Below the pieces are notes generated by a model. That model had not been told where the DNA came from. It made no database searches and worked only from the letters and a program-made list of their open reading frames with translations. This document shows, piece after piece, positions 24,260 to 37,435 of a stretch of 64,000 nt of DNA. The position numbers and the translations under genes are program-made. Position 1 is the stretch's first letter. The number at the start of each line of letters is the position of its first letter. This DNA comes from Octopus vulgaris (Eukaryota): positions 133,982,001 to 134,046,000 of the forward strand of contig OX597818.1 of assembly GCA_951406725.2 (NCBI GenBank), read 5' to 3'.

Positions 24260-26980
24260 TGTAGTGATTTTGTAGTGATCCTATATAACGGTGCGCGCTC
24301 GCGCACCGTCCATTTCTGTTTCGCGCGTGCGGGGTTGGTGCATTCACCACCGGAAGAAGGACCATTTGCCTACGTGGCAGTTTAGCCGCGAGGCAAGGGG
24401 AGCGTAGGACGTTGACCACCAGCGTCCAGTAGGCAGTGACTTGAGACACAGCTATCGAAGGCACTAGACGTGTAGTTCTCTCTCTCCGGATTTGATAGCA
24501 GCAGCCTTTTAGCCGAAGTCTCTCAACCTGGGATTTGTTGCCGACCACATCATCTTCTCTCTCCGGACGCCATTTTGACCAGTGTCGTTTGCATTTGAAC
24601 ACTGTAAATTCTACAGCGATAAAGTTCAGCTCTGACACATCCATACCAAAGGGATACCAGATACACCACTTATTTGTTACTGTCATAAGAGAATAAAGTA
24701 GATATATATTTTTTACGTTTGCGTCCTGTTGTTTCTGACTGGTAGAATCTGGATTATTAAAAGCAACGGAAAGTGATTGCACCAACTGCACCTTAAAAGT
24801 GCAGTGAAGCTATATTAGTTCCCGTTACACTGGTGACCCCGACGTGATTCTGGTCTTAAACCAGAGATCACTTAACAACAAAAAATCCAGTTTTTCTGTC
24901 TAGTCTGAACACGATCAACTCTACGCATTCATCTTTCGACGATTTGTTTCCGGTCCCCTCAAACAGTTATAGAAGGAGCCTTTCTTATTCTTCAGCAATA
25001 ATGACGGACGCCATCATATCAACGATGCCTTTTCTCTGCCGTCGTCATCGCCATCGTCGTCTTTCGATTTCACGTCGTCGTTATCTTCGTCGCCATCACC
25101 ACTAAGCAACAATGTGTCTCAAGTCCACCACAGTCGCCTTCATCACCGTCGCCTTCAACACCGTCGACCTCAACAATATGTAAATAGCAACTCGCGGGAG
25201 TTTAGCCCACACGCTGCTCGTGTATACGCACCAAGGATTAACAGCACAGTCTACCTGCGAGATCTTCTGTACCGATTTAACCTGTCACAGCATTGAAGCC
25301 ACAACCGTTACACGACATGTGTTCAACCGGCATCTGCATTTGTGATCTCAACATACTGTTACAGAACGAACTGCTATTATGTATCAGGCTATTGCGGACT
25401 GGTAAATTAACTCCATCTTGTCTGAAATAGCCCTGAGAGACTTTTTTTTTCCTATGCGCTGTATTTTTATTTTGCTCGCATTCACCTTGTTTGTATTTCT
25501 GTCGCACACACGTACACACACAAATGCTATCTCTGTCACATTCATACGTCACACATGCCTTTTCTCGCTTGTTTTTCCATGCTAAATTTGCCTTTGTGGA
25601 CACAACTCATTTCTGTAAGACCTTAGGTCGGTCACGTATACATAGAGAAAGTTGTTCGTCTCTTATAACGCGGCAGCATGCCACACTTTTGTTCCTGCAC
25701 GAACGAGGCATATAATCGCTCAAGCACTGGCTGGCAGCTCAGCCTTACTACATTAACCACTGGCATATTCATTGCTGTTTTTCGGTCTAGCAAGCCCTAT
25801 TGCATTCATGCACCTCTGTTCTGCACGTGTACTGCCTTGTTTTGCAACACGTTTGCGTGAGCTTAGTTCTTTTCCCGACTCAAAGAACGTCGGATGTTCA
25901 CATGCGCTGCGCCCATGTATAGGCGTAATTTTTTTCCCTGTTAGACCCCTGTTGGTCACGTAATTAACAGAGAAAATTATCTGTCTCGCGCATCACACCA
26001 GCATGCTTGCACTGTCACCTTGCTAACCTTGCACTTTCAGCTGAAGCACTGTCTGCCTTTTGTGTTACTAGCGATCTATCTGCCAGTTCCATTTCCTCTC
26101 CTGCAGCAATTGATTTAACTGCTATTTCGCAGGACCAACCACCTTTAGAGGAGTTGCATTTAACTTCGCCTAAGTTTATTAACTGTAGGTTTGCCTACCT
26201 TCCGCTCCCTACAGCGGAAGGCTCTATTCTTATTCACGCATGCACTTTTGATTTTTGCTCATTTTGAGTATTTTTTTTTCCTTTTGGTGAATTTCTTATG
26301 TATATTGTAAATTCTGCCATTTTTTGTATATTGTGTGCTATTTGGTTATCTGGTATCCACCTTGAGTTTTATGGTTACTACAAGGAATTTTTGTTCGTGC
26401 TTAGGCACTGGAGGGGAGCTTTGTAGTGATCCTATATAACGGTGCGCGCTCGCGCACCGTCCATTTCTGTTTCGTGCGTGCGGGGTTGGTGCTTTCACCA
26501 CCGGAAGAAGGACCATTTGCCTACGTGGCAGTTTAGCCGCGAGGCAAGGGGAGCGTAGGACGTTGACCACCAGCGTCCAGTAGGCAGTGACTTGAGACAC
26601 AGCTATCGAAGGCACTAGACGTGTAGTTCTCTCTCTCCGGATTTGATAGCAGCAGCCTTTTAGCCGAAGGCTCTCAACCTGGGATTTGTTGCCGACCACA
26701 TCATCTTCTCTCTCCGGACGCCATTTTGACCAGTGTCGTTTGCATTTGAACACTGTAAATTCTACAGCGATAAAGTTCAGCTCTGACACATCCATACCAA
26801 AGGGATACCAGATACACCACTTATTTGTTACTGTCATAAGAGAATAAAGTAGATATATATGTTTTACGTTTGCGTCCTGTTGTTTCTGACTGGTAGAATC
26901 TGGATTATTAAAAGCAACGGAAAGTGATTGCACCAACTGCACCCGAAAAGTGCAGTGAAGCTATATTAGTTCCCGTTACA
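24260..26980 (+). mobile_element. non-autonomous LTR retrotransposon (Gypsy-like), 2.7 kb
   Basis: 559-bp LTRs 24271-24829 and 26422-26980 (TG...CA, about 6 differences); PBS at 24831; PPT GGAGGGGAG 26410-26418; TSD CGCC; no gag/pol ORF. Confidence 0.93.
24831..24848 (+). promoter_or_regulatory. primer-binding site complementary to tRNA-Trp
   Basis: TGGTGACCCCGACGTGAT is the reverse complement of the 3' 18 nt of metazoan tRNA-Trp (…ATCACGTCGGGGTCACCA). Confidence 0.92.
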
Positions 26981-27389
26981 CGCCCATCTGATGGAGAAGG
27001 CGAATGAGGCAGTGACAAAGGTCCTGGAGACCTTCACTTTGGAGGACTTCTATGGGCCTTCACGAAGTTACTGGAATGCTGCAATAAGTGCATTGGAGTA
27101 AGAGGATCATACTTTGAAGGAGATTAGAGATTTGTACTTCTTTGAAATTAATGCCCCTCCGGAAAAAGTCTGAAAACTTTTGGAATGTACCTTGTATATA
27201 AGTCAAATTTGCAGATCCACACGTTTAATGATATCCATAGCACAAATGCACTGGTGTACACGTGTACATATTTCATAGAAACACGCAGTATACATATCTA
27301 TCTACACATACACACATATACACATATAAATGCATAGATACCAACAAACATACAAGTATACAGACGCATACATACACATATATACGCGT

Positions 27390-27421
<32 letters not shown>

Positions 27422-27975
27422 ACACATAAACACACACACACACATGGTGGAAGTCAATTCGTACCCGACTACGACCACTTCTTCGGAGGTCGTTAGTTCC
27501 TTGGTTGTTACCAGAGAAACGCGCAAAGAGAGGACACTTAGTGCAGGGTTGCTGGATAATTCCAGAATTAGACAAACTTTACTTAGACCAGCCTTTCTAG
27601 GTCCTTCATGATTATTAAAACTACTCGGTCACTCGAGGCATTGCTGAATCTCTCCATCGCCAAAGTGTGTTGTCCAAGAAGTTCCAGTGCGCAAAATTGA
27701 ATGTAGTGTGTAAATTGTATCTTAGTCTTGCGGAGCGCTCGTTCACCATGTGTATTTCTTTGTCCCTGCACAATTGGTTGATAGTCGTTGATACCACGTT
27801 ATCCATCATTATGATAAGTGTTGTTTCTATGTTCTGCGGGGATCCTAACAACCCTCCTTCCCAAGCGAGCCTGAAGAAGAGCCGTTTCACCCGGCGGCGA
27901 TTCGACCACATAACATATGGTGTCAAACTACACATTGCTAGTAGCATTCGCGTGAGCGATCTGGCATACATCGCT

Positions 27976-28311
27976 GAGACCCCCTTCGGTCATGAATGAC
28001 CATGGGATTGCACCTAGAAAGTTACCCTCCCAGGCACAAGTCAAGGCAAGGTTGTTTTTATGGAAGACCAGCAGTCGCCCATGCATACTGGCCTCCCCTC
28101 TCTACGCCACTAGTGTTATCCAAGGGTAAGGCAAAGGCCGATACAGCTTGGCACCTGTGACGTCGCAACTCATTTCTACAGCTGAGTGAACTGGAGCAAC
28201 GTGAAATAAAGAGTCTTGTTCAAGAACACAACACGCAGCTCGGTCCGGGATTCAAACTCACAACCTCGCGATCGTAAGCTCGACGCTCTAACCACTGAAC
28301 CATGCGCCTTC
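27976..28311 (-). mobile_element. tRNA-headed SINE (head as 6947, different body and tail)
   Basis: Minus strand TGGTTCAGTGG A box, GAGTTTGAATCC B box; tail ...CATGGTCATTCATGACCGAAGGGGGTCTC. Confidence 0.8.
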
Positions 28312-28544
28312 ACTATCTGGCATACATACACGCATACATATACGGATATACACGCATACTTACATTTACACACGTACAAGTACATGTATACGCATACACA
28401 CATGCATGCATGCATGCATGCATACATACATACATACATACATACATACATACATACATACATACATACATACATACATACATACATACATACATACATA
28501 CATACATACATAAGCAGTTGTCCGAATATATCACCACGGTATTA

Positions 28545-29065
28545 TCTACCGATGAGATATGATGTTGTAGCTAGGACACTCTGTAATCTGTAATGAAATT
28601 TGTCGGAAGAATAAACCCGAGGACAAAGAAATAAGAACCCACGGTTTGGTAGAAGCCATAGCCACTCATAATAAAAAGGAGTACTGGTGGAATGTCCCAG
28701 TAAAGACCTTAATAAAATGTAAGCACAACAGACCTGATATAATAATTTGGGATAAGGAGAGAAACTGAGCACAGTTGTGGAAATTAGCTGCCCAGCGGAT
28801 GTTAACATAAAGCTGAAGATCAGTGAAAAAGAGAATACCTACGTTGAACTCTTGAGAAATCTGCAGTTACTCTATCCAGATTACAAGTTCAGGTTTATAC
28901 TTATAATTATTGGGGTCCTGGGTTTATGTAATACACTCCCTAAATATCAATCTTTAGAAATTAAGCTTCTCAAAACCAGAAAGGAGAAAGCTAATTCGAA
29001 GACTACAGTTCCAATCCATCACTGGAACTGTAAAAATTTGTAAAACTTTCCAGAAGTTTATCATT
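28545..29065 (+). pseudogene. RLE-type (R4/NeSL-like) non-LTR retrotransposon, endonuclease region
   Basis: EYWWN...KHNRPDIIIWDKE...VVEISCPADVNIKLKISEKENTY...IIIGVLG (RPD...E...K restriction-like endonuclease pattern); related fragment at ~59265-59330. Confidence 0.75.
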
Positions 29066-29199
29066 TACATATATATGAGCATGTCTAGATATGTAACTAT
29101 ATGCATAAGAATACATACATAAAGCAAAACATACATACATACATACATACATACATACAACCGTTGATTGTATTTCTACAAAACCAACGAACGGCGCGT

Positions 29200-30600
29200 C
29201 GTAGTATGAAGAACCATACCATCAAGGTCATAAAAGCCCCTTCTAAGAATGAGCTAAATTCCTTTTGGCGAGAGATCTGGAATGTAAAATAACGACATTA
29301 ACATGATGCAGTTTGGTTAGATGAGCTACAGAGTGACTATTACGCAAACAATTCTCCCGAAATTTATCATATAAATAGTGAAATTCTCCTGATAATTGCA
29401 AAATTCTTCTTAAGCACTCCGTCGGTTACGATGACGAGGGTCCCAGTTGATCCGAATCAACGGAACAGCCTGCTCGTGAAATTAACGTGTAAGTGGCTGA
29501 GCACTCCACAGACACGTGTACCCTTATCGTAGTTCTCGGGGATATTCAGCGTGACACAGAGAGTGACAAGGCCGGCCCTTTGAAATACAGGTACAACAGA
29601 AACAGGAAGTAAGAGTGAGAGAAAGTTGTGGTGAAAAAGTACAGCAGGGATCACCACCATCCCCTGCCGGAGCCTCGTGGAGCTTAGGTGTTTTCGCTCA
29701 ATAAACACTCACAACACACGGTCTGGGAATCGAAACCGCGATCCTATGACCGCGAGTCCGCTGCCCTAACCACTGGGCTATTGCGCCTCCACACATGCTA
29801 TTAAAAGACTCACATAGAACACGGAAATATTGAATAAGAACTGAAACTCCCATTATAGTCGCTTACAAAATTAGGATAAGAGTAGGAATATTTCAGGGAT
29901 ATATGAATGGAGTTTGGTTTGGACAAGCATTCATATTAGGAAAGATTATCGACTAGGAATATGGATATCAACAGATTGTTCATCTTCCCCATCACCTGTG
30001 ATGAATATTGCAAATACTTTGGATTCGAACAAACTGTTACATATATTCATGTTGTCAAAGCATTAACATAAAGTCTAGAGTGACAAAAGAATACTTCAGC
30101 AAACTTAGGGAGACGTGGAAGTCAAAAGCTGTCTGCATTCAATAAAGCCATTTCCGCAATGGTTTTGCAGTGTTAGTTCTATTACCGACATTTGGTCTGA
30201 ACTCCTGAAGAGACCCACAACTTGAAAGGGATTAATATCTACAGGTTACTTTCATATCGGCAATGACACTGAGAGGCTCTGTTAAACCGAGAGATGGGGA
30301 CAAAGGCATAAGGTTAGTCTAGACGTTCTTTGAATGGTCGCAACGTATTACTTTGTAACAAGTAGTGAGCAGTGGAGACAGAAATAAGTACATCGTGCCT
30401 GTACTCAGCAGCGAAAAGAATAGTACCATAAGATTAGGTGAAAAATACCTGAATAGGAGCTCCGAGTGTACAGCTGTTCCATATGAAATAAGGTTAGCTA
30501 CACACAGACTTAACCAGAACCTTAAAGTAGAAATACTCTTCATATCAGCAGAAAGTTACGCATGGATATACAAGCTGCAAAATTTCTTTGGCTTAAACTT
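29200..30600 (+). pseudogene. decayed RT region of an RLE-type LINE, interrupted by SINE A1
   Basis: Scattered motifs SFWREIWN, GIFQG, KYFG, NKAI; heavily mutated. Confidence 0.45.
29412..29792 (-). mobile_element. SINE family A1
   Basis: Near-identical to the other A1 copies. Confidence 0.95.
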
Positions 30601-30779
30601 CATCCTGATTCATTTACGTTGCTATTTGTTCAAGTGATGTTAGAACCTGTCTCACCTCAACATGGGTTGTGTTTATTGTTGTGAGATCATCCATGAAACC
30701 CCATACTGGCTGTTGTTGGCTGCTTTACTCCGTTCTCGGTCCTTGAAATTCTTTATAAGCAGTTATTATTAGGAGGTTA

Positions 30780-31164
30780 GGAGGCGCAATGGCCCAGTGG
30801 TTAGGGCAGCGGACTCGCGGTCATAGGATCGCGGTTTCGATTCCCAGACCAGGCGTTGTGAGTGTTTATTGAGCGAAAACACCTAAAAGCTCCATGAGGC
30901 TCCGGCAGGGGATGGTGGTGATCCCTGCTGTACTCTTTCACCACAACTTTCTCTCACTTTTACTTCCTGTTTCTGTTGTACCTGTATTTTCAAGGGGCCG
31001 GCCTTGTCACTCTCTGTGTCACGCTGAATATCCCCGAGAACTGCGTTAAGGGTACACGTGTCTGTGGAGTGCTCAGCCACTTACACGTTAATTTCACGAG
31101 CAGGCTGTTCCGTTGATTCGGATCAACCGGGACCCTCGTCGTCGTAACCGACGGAGTGCTTCCA
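30780..31164 (+). mobile_element. SINE family A1
   Basis: TSD ATTAGGAGGTTA. Confidence 0.95.
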
Positions 31165-31354
31165 TCCATTAGGAGGTTAATTCCCATGATGAAAAGAATG
31201 GAGGAAATTGTGCAACCAGCTACAATTATCTTCTTCAGGATTCCTACTAAGTTGTAAAGTAGGTTGTTTCGAAGCGCAACTGGATGCCTCTGAAGTAGCT
31301 AGTGACCATTCTCTTAATGTACAGTGGGGTGTGGTTATGATCTAGGACTGCATG

Positions 31355-31500
31355 CACTAACGTAGCTAGAGTGTGTGCCGCCGGGGGCGGCCCTTCCATT
31401 TGCCGTCCACAAAAAGCACATATTGCCTACAACAATACCTTACAACAGGATGAAAAGTGCCACCCCGGGCGGACCGCCCACCCCACTAGCTTTCCTAGTG
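31355..31500. mobile_element. small hAT-like MITE
   Basis: Imperfect TIR CACTAACGTAGCTAG / CTAGCTTTCCTAGTG; 8-bp TSD ACTGCATG. Confidence 0.7.
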
Positions 31501-31698
31501 ACTGCATGTATGATGGCTTGAAGGACTGATCCGCATGCATTGGCCAAACCTTGCGAAACCCCTGTCATGTCACCTTTGTTTTTTTGGCGTTCCATATCAT
31601 TTTGATGATTTTGTTTCAGTCAAATGAAAGTTCTATGTCTACGTCCTGTTTATTGATATCTTCTCGGTGTATCTTACAGAAGAAATACTTTGGTATTA

Positions 31699-32090
31699 TC
31701 TTTATATATAAAAGAGAGGTTGTGTGTCTGTCTACTCCGATTTAGATTCCTAACTACTCCCACATTTTGCGATGCAGTTTAACCAAAACCGGGTATCTTA
31801 TAGTCGTGATTCATATCGAGCCCTTCTGGGTATTAGCGCGCGTCTACGATGAGTCTACGATTTTAAAAATAATTTACCATCATTTTTTCCCATTTTAATG
31901 CATATTTTTTAATAAAGGGAAGTAACTCTCTAAAAATGTCTACGATGAGTCAACGATATAAAAAAAAATTTACAATAATTTCTTTTTCTATTTTTAATGC
32001 ATTTTTTGCTATTTTTTGGCTACAACTCTCTAAAAATGCTTTATAGTTATTTCCCTTACAAATCCGAGCAACGCCGGGCGATACTGCTAG
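31699..32090 (+). mobile_element. non-autonomous Helitron family H1
   Basis: A|TC start, subterminal hairpin (T/C)CCGAGCAACGCCGGG, CTAG|T end, no TSD; 4 copies in window. Confidence 0.9.
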
Positions 32091-32338
32091 TTAACTATAA
32101 AAAAATATTTAAAAAAACGCTTATGGATTAGACAGTTCATAACTCTCTGTCGCAACGTTTACTTCATGAAAAAAGAAATTTGTTTTTACTTTTTGACTCT
32201 TGACCAGTGGCGGTTCGTGTATAGGAACAGCGGAACTGCCACGCCACCTATTTCCACTCGATATCATCGATAACATTCAATATAATGAGTCCTTTCTTCT
32301 TTAATTCTTTCTTTATACTTGTACATTATATAATCCTT

Positions 32339-32720
32339 GAGGCGCAATGGCCCAGTGGTTAGGGCAGCGGACTCGCGGTCATAGGATCGCGGTTTCGATT
32401 CCCAGACCGAGCGTTGTGAGTGTTTATTGAGCGAAAACTCCTAAAGCTCCACGAGGCTACGGCAGGGGATGGTGGTGATCCCTGCTGTACTCTTTCACCA
32501 CAACTTTCTCTCACTCTTACTTCCTCTTTCTGTTGTACCTGTATTTCAAAGGGCCGGCCTTGTCACTCTCTGTGTCACGCTGAATATCCCCGAGAACTAC
32601 GTTAAGGGTGCACGTGTCTGTGGAGTGCTCAGCCACTTACACGTTAATTTCACGAGCGGGCTGTTCCGTTGATTCGGATCACCCGGAACCCTCGTCGTCG
32701 TAACCGACGGAGTGCTTCCA
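32339..32720 (+). mobile_element. SINE family A1 (nested)
   Basis: TSD ATAATCC. Confidence 0.95.
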
Positions 32721-33211
32721 AATAATCCATAAGCTTAATGTCAGTAGCCATCCACTAGTTAATGAAAAAAATGCAAAAATCCTTGTAAAGAACTGTGTGC
32801 TTCACAGTTCCAGCGATGCGGTGTTTGGGTGTTGTGCGCATGTTCACATATCCGAGATAGGAAGCTTCACACTAGGCAGAGAGCACTGCGTGAACGACAG
32901 TGCCGGGTGAATGGTGTTTTTTCTTTTTGACTCCGTGTGTGTTGTGCTTAAAACGTGCCTATATTCTTGAATGTAATAAGTGTAGGATTAGATTATTATC
33001 CTGCTTCCAACTTCATTGTTGCTGCTAGGATTTGAAAAGTAGGCCCCCCCCCCCATTTTGTGATTTATGGGGGATTTTTAAAAAAACAAGGAGTAATCCG
33101 CGGCGAAGTTCAGAGAACAAATTAAACACACTACCCGCTGTGGCTAAAACGCGAACCAATCAAGTTTATGTATAAATTTTCTTTTATACGTTTGTTTCCT
33201 TTTATATAATA

Positions 33212-33605
33212 CTAGCAGTATCGCCCGGCGTTGCTCGGGTTTGTAAGGGAAATAACTATATAAGCATTTTTAGAGAGTTATAGCCAAAAAACAGCAAAAA
33301 AATGCATTAAAAATGGAAAAAAAATGATGGTAAATTTTTTTTTAAATCGTTGACTCATCGTAGACATTTTTAGAGAGTTACTTCCCTTTAAAAAATATGC
33401 ATGAAAATGGAAAAAAATGATGGTAAATTATTTTTAAAATCGTAGACTCATCGTAGACGCGCGCTAATACCCAGAAGGGCTCGATATGAATCACGACTAT
33501 AAGATACCCGGTTTTGGTTAAACTGCACCGCAAAATGTGAGAGAAGTTAGGAATCTAAATCGTAGGAGACAGACACTCACACAACTACAGTTTTATATAT
33601 ATAGA
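33212..33605 (-). mobile_element. Helitron H1 (nested)
   Basis: Reverse complement of 31699-32090. Confidence 0.9.
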
Positions 33606-33797
33606 TTAAAACAACGACAAAAACTTTTCTGAAGCAACCCCCCCCCCCCCCACTAATTTCATCTACGAGCCGTCACTGCTCTTGACTCATTGCTGTTGTT
33701 ATTGCTGTTTAACCCATCGATTAAAGAATCACATGATCAACCCATAAGTTTTTCAAAGACAATTTATCTAGAATTGTATTCGCTAATATGACTGTAA

Positions 33798-34101
33798 GGA
33801 GGTGCAATGGCCCAGTGGTTAGAACAGCGGACTCGCGGTCGGAGGATTACAGTTTCGATTCCCAGACCGGGCGTTGTGTGTGTTTATTGAGCAAAAACAT
33901 CTAAAGCTCCACGAGGCTCCGACAAGGAGTTGTGGCGACCCCTGTTGTACTCTTTCGTCTCAACTTTCTCTCACTCTTTCTTCCTGTTTCTTGGGTAACG
34001 CTGCGATGGACTGGCGTCCGTCCAGTTGTGAGGAACACATACACCACAGAAACCGGGAAAGCGGGCCCATGAGCCTGGCTAGGCTTGAAAAGGGCGCATA
34101 A
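33798..34101 (+). mobile_element. SINE variant A3: family A head plus V-SINE-like body and tail
   Basis: A-like to ~33990, then GGGTAACGCTGCGATGGACTGGCGTCCGTCCAG...ATGAGCCTGGCTAGGCTTGAAAAGG as in 6947-7192. Confidence 0.82.
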
Positions 34102-34102
34102 A

Positions 34103-34482
34103 TCTTTATATATAAAAGTAAGGTTGTGTGTCTGTCTACTCCGATTTAGATTCCTAACTACTCCCACATTTTGCGGTGCAGTTTAACCAAAACCGGTATC
34201 TTATAGTCGTGATTCATATCGAGCCCTTCTGGGTATTAGCGCGCGTCTACGATGAGTCTACGATTTAAAAAATAATTTACCATTTTTTTCCATTTTAATG
34301 CATTTTTTCGCTATTATATAAGGGAAGTAACTCCCTAAAAATGTCTACGATGAGTCAACGATTTAAAAAAAATTTACCATAATTTTTTTTTCCATTTTTG
34401 CTATTTTTTGGCTATAACTCTCTAAAAATGCTTTATAGTTATTTCCCTTACAAACCCGAGCAACGCCGGGCGATACTGCTAG
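34103..34482 (+). mobile_element. Helitron H1
   Basis: A|TC...hairpin-CTAG|T; sits in the A-rich tail of SINE A3. Confidence 0.9.
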
Positions 34483-35219
34483 TAATAAATAAATAAATAT
34501 GATTGTAGAAGATCATCGTCGTGTGGTCAAGTTGGCTGCGTGTATAATAAATGAAGTGATTCACGAATTTTTAACCTTTAGTATATTTAGTATATTTAAC
34601 ATGACTTACTGCGTTGGTTCTTTACAAAAGAAAGGTGTTGATAACATAATCGTCGATTGCGAGGAGAGAACTGCGCTATCTTGTAGAAAGCTAGCTGTGG
34701 TACATCATGCATGAGTGTCGAAATCGTTTCTTGATCGATGTAGTCTGATCTTAGTGGTCTGCCTTCTGTGAATACATAAGGTGGTCTACACGATTGCCCG
34801 AAGCCGTATGCTCGGATACCCGCAGCCATTTTGTCTTAGCGGTCTGCCACGACCGTTTGGATGAGTTAGCCACCAAAAGGTCTTTATAGGGTGAAAAGTA
34901 GATGCATTTTATCACATCCAAGGAGCCACATCCCACCACAGCTTCACACGATCGGTCGATTCATAGATCAGTCATGCGGAACTGTGGTGACTCACTCATG
35001 ATCCCTAAATGAATTGAATATCTTGCGGTTGAGGTTCGAATCCCTACATGATCTTCGTGTTTTAAAAGTGTTGCGTATAATTTGCCATTTCTTGCAGATC
35101 GAAGACCAACACACTGAGTATCTCTCATTGACTCGAAACGGAGTTTATTTGTCGAGAATGCAAATGAATCCAGAAACTCAGTATTTTGCTATGTGAATAT
35201 CTATTATGCAATAAATAAG

Positions 35220-35634
35220 GGATCTTTTCGGTTTGAACGGCAGTTTTTTCCTAGCGGTGTCATATGAAATTGTCACCCATAATTATGACCTTAGTATCGA
35301 TCTATTGCATTTCAATCTGTTTTAGGGTTAGGGGTGGGGGGAAGGGTATCTTTTTCTTCACAAATGTAAATAAACCCAATCTGTTTCTTAAACGAGGGAC
35401 ATATTCATACGGCACAAAATGTTTTTTTTTACCTCAATAGACGTCATTGATTGGTTGAAATTGCAGATATTGAAGAAAAACAACAACAAATATCTTACAA
35501 ACTATAGAATTTTCTCAATAAAACCAAGAGAAAAAGATGTTTTATAAACACATTCTACCAGTATACGAAGTTTAAAAGTGTTTAGTTACGTGGAAATTAT
35601 TTTAAAAAAACTGCCGTTCAAACCGAAAAGATCC
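35220..35634. mobile_element. GGATC-family MITE, monomer form (415 bp)
   Basis: TIR GGATCTTTTCGGTTTGAACGGCAG; 8-bp TSD TAAATAAG. Confidence 0.92.
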
Positions 35635-35764
35635 TAAATAAGAACTATGAAATACAGTTATGAACAATAATGTTTAATAAATGCTCAATATGATTCAACC
35701 CAGTTTAGAGAATATTTATTGAATGTAAAATTTGTGCATATGCTGTGGTAGTTAAAATGCTTTT

Positions 35765-36145
35765 GAGGCGCAATGGCCCAGTGGTTAGGGCAGCGGACTC
35801 GCGGTCGTAGGATCGCGGTTTCGATTCCCAGACCGGGCGTTGTGAGTGTTTATTGAGCGAAAACACCTAAAGCTCCACGAGGCTCCGGCAGAGGATGGTG
35901 GTGATCCCTGCTGTACTCTTTCACCATAACTTTCTCTCACTCTTACTTCCTGTTTCTGTTGTACCTGTATTTCAAAGGGCCGGCCTTGTCACTCTCTGTG
36001 TAACGCTGAATATCCCCGAGAACTACGTTAAGGGTAAACATGTCTGTGGAGCGCTCAGCCATTTACACGTTAATTTCATGAGCAGGCTGTTCCGTTGATT
36101 CGGATCAACCGGAACCCTCGTCGTCGTAACCGACGGAGTGCTTCC
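35765..36145 (+). mobile_element. SINE family A1
   Basis: TSD AGTTAAAATGCTTTT. Confidence 0.95.
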
Positions 36146-36607
36146 CCCCAGTTAAAATGCTTTTGACATTTAGTGAGAAAGTAAGGGAGGAAATTACGAA
36201 ATTATTCTGTAAGTAAATCAAAGAAGTAATAAAAATATTGACGAATAAGAGAAATGGGATTTGAATAATTCAAGTAGAAGAGGTTCAGTTTTAATTAATT
36301 AATTAAAAAATTCGATGAAGAATCAACTTCGTGGAAAGTAGTTACATAACAAGTTAGAAATGAGCTCTTTAGAAGGTAACAGCAAGCCTTAAATGGTTGT
36401 CATTTAGCAAGCATTGTTAGAGAATCAAAAGAGATGTGATCTAAGTTCACAGATTAACTCCCCCCCCCCTCGTTATGCATGGAAATTGTGACACATCTCA
36501 GGTGTTAGGGCTTTTTAAAACTAACACATCTGCCTCAAAACATAGCTTTTTTTTTTCAGTATACCAAATAACATCTCACTTCCTATCCCCGCCCACACCT
36601 ATATTCA

Positions 36608-37435
36608 CACATACATACATACATACATACATACATACATACATACATACATACATACATACATACATACATGTATGCATGCATGCATACATACATACAT
36701 ACATACATACATACATACAGACATACATACATACGTACATACATAAATACATCCATACATACATACATACATACATACATACATACATACATACATAATA
36801 CATACATACATACATACATACATAAATACATACATACATACATACATACATAAATAAATACATACATAATACATACATCATACATACATACATGCATACA
36901 TACACACACATACATACATAAATACATACATACATACATACATACATGCATAAATACATACATACATACACACACACACATACATACATACATACATACA
37001 TACATACATACATACATACAAACATACATACATACATAAATACATACATACATGCATGCATACATACATACATACATACATAAATACATACATACATACA
37101 TACATACATACATACATACATACATACATACATACATACATACATACATACATAAATTCATACATACATACATGCATGCATACATACATACATACATACA
37201 TACATACATACATACATACATACATACATACATACATACAAACATACATACATACATACAAACATACATACATGCATGCATACATACATACATACATACA
37301 TACATACATACATACATACATACAAACATACATACATACAAACATACATACATACATACATACATACATACATACATACATACATACATACATACATACA
37401 TACATACATACACATGCCTACACACACACACACAT
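36608..37435. repeat. long imperfect (TACA)n microsatellite
   Basis: ~800 bp; shorter (TACA)n tracts at 18251, 22262, 28420, 51897, 59605, 59985. Confidence 0.97.

Larger units (their letters stand above)
23813..27194 (+). mobile_element. mariner transposon relic split by an LTR element
   Basis: IKFCVKLGK N-terminus (~23830), WLLHQESAP...HPSYSPDLAPCN (24125-24250), continues after 26985 to RGSYFEGD-stop and a TIR-like end ...GTACCTTG-TA. Confidence 0.85.
32205..33678 (+). mobile_element. hAT MITE (~690 bp) containing a nested SINE A1 and Helitron H1
   Basis: TIR CAGTGGCGGTTCGT / ACGAGCCGTCACTG; 8-bp TSD CTCTTGAC; uninterrupted relative at 44433-45120. Confidence 0.9.

Noticed and set aside
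34490-35200. Coding-like stretch, possibly retroelement debris
   Set aside because: No motif could be assigned with confidence
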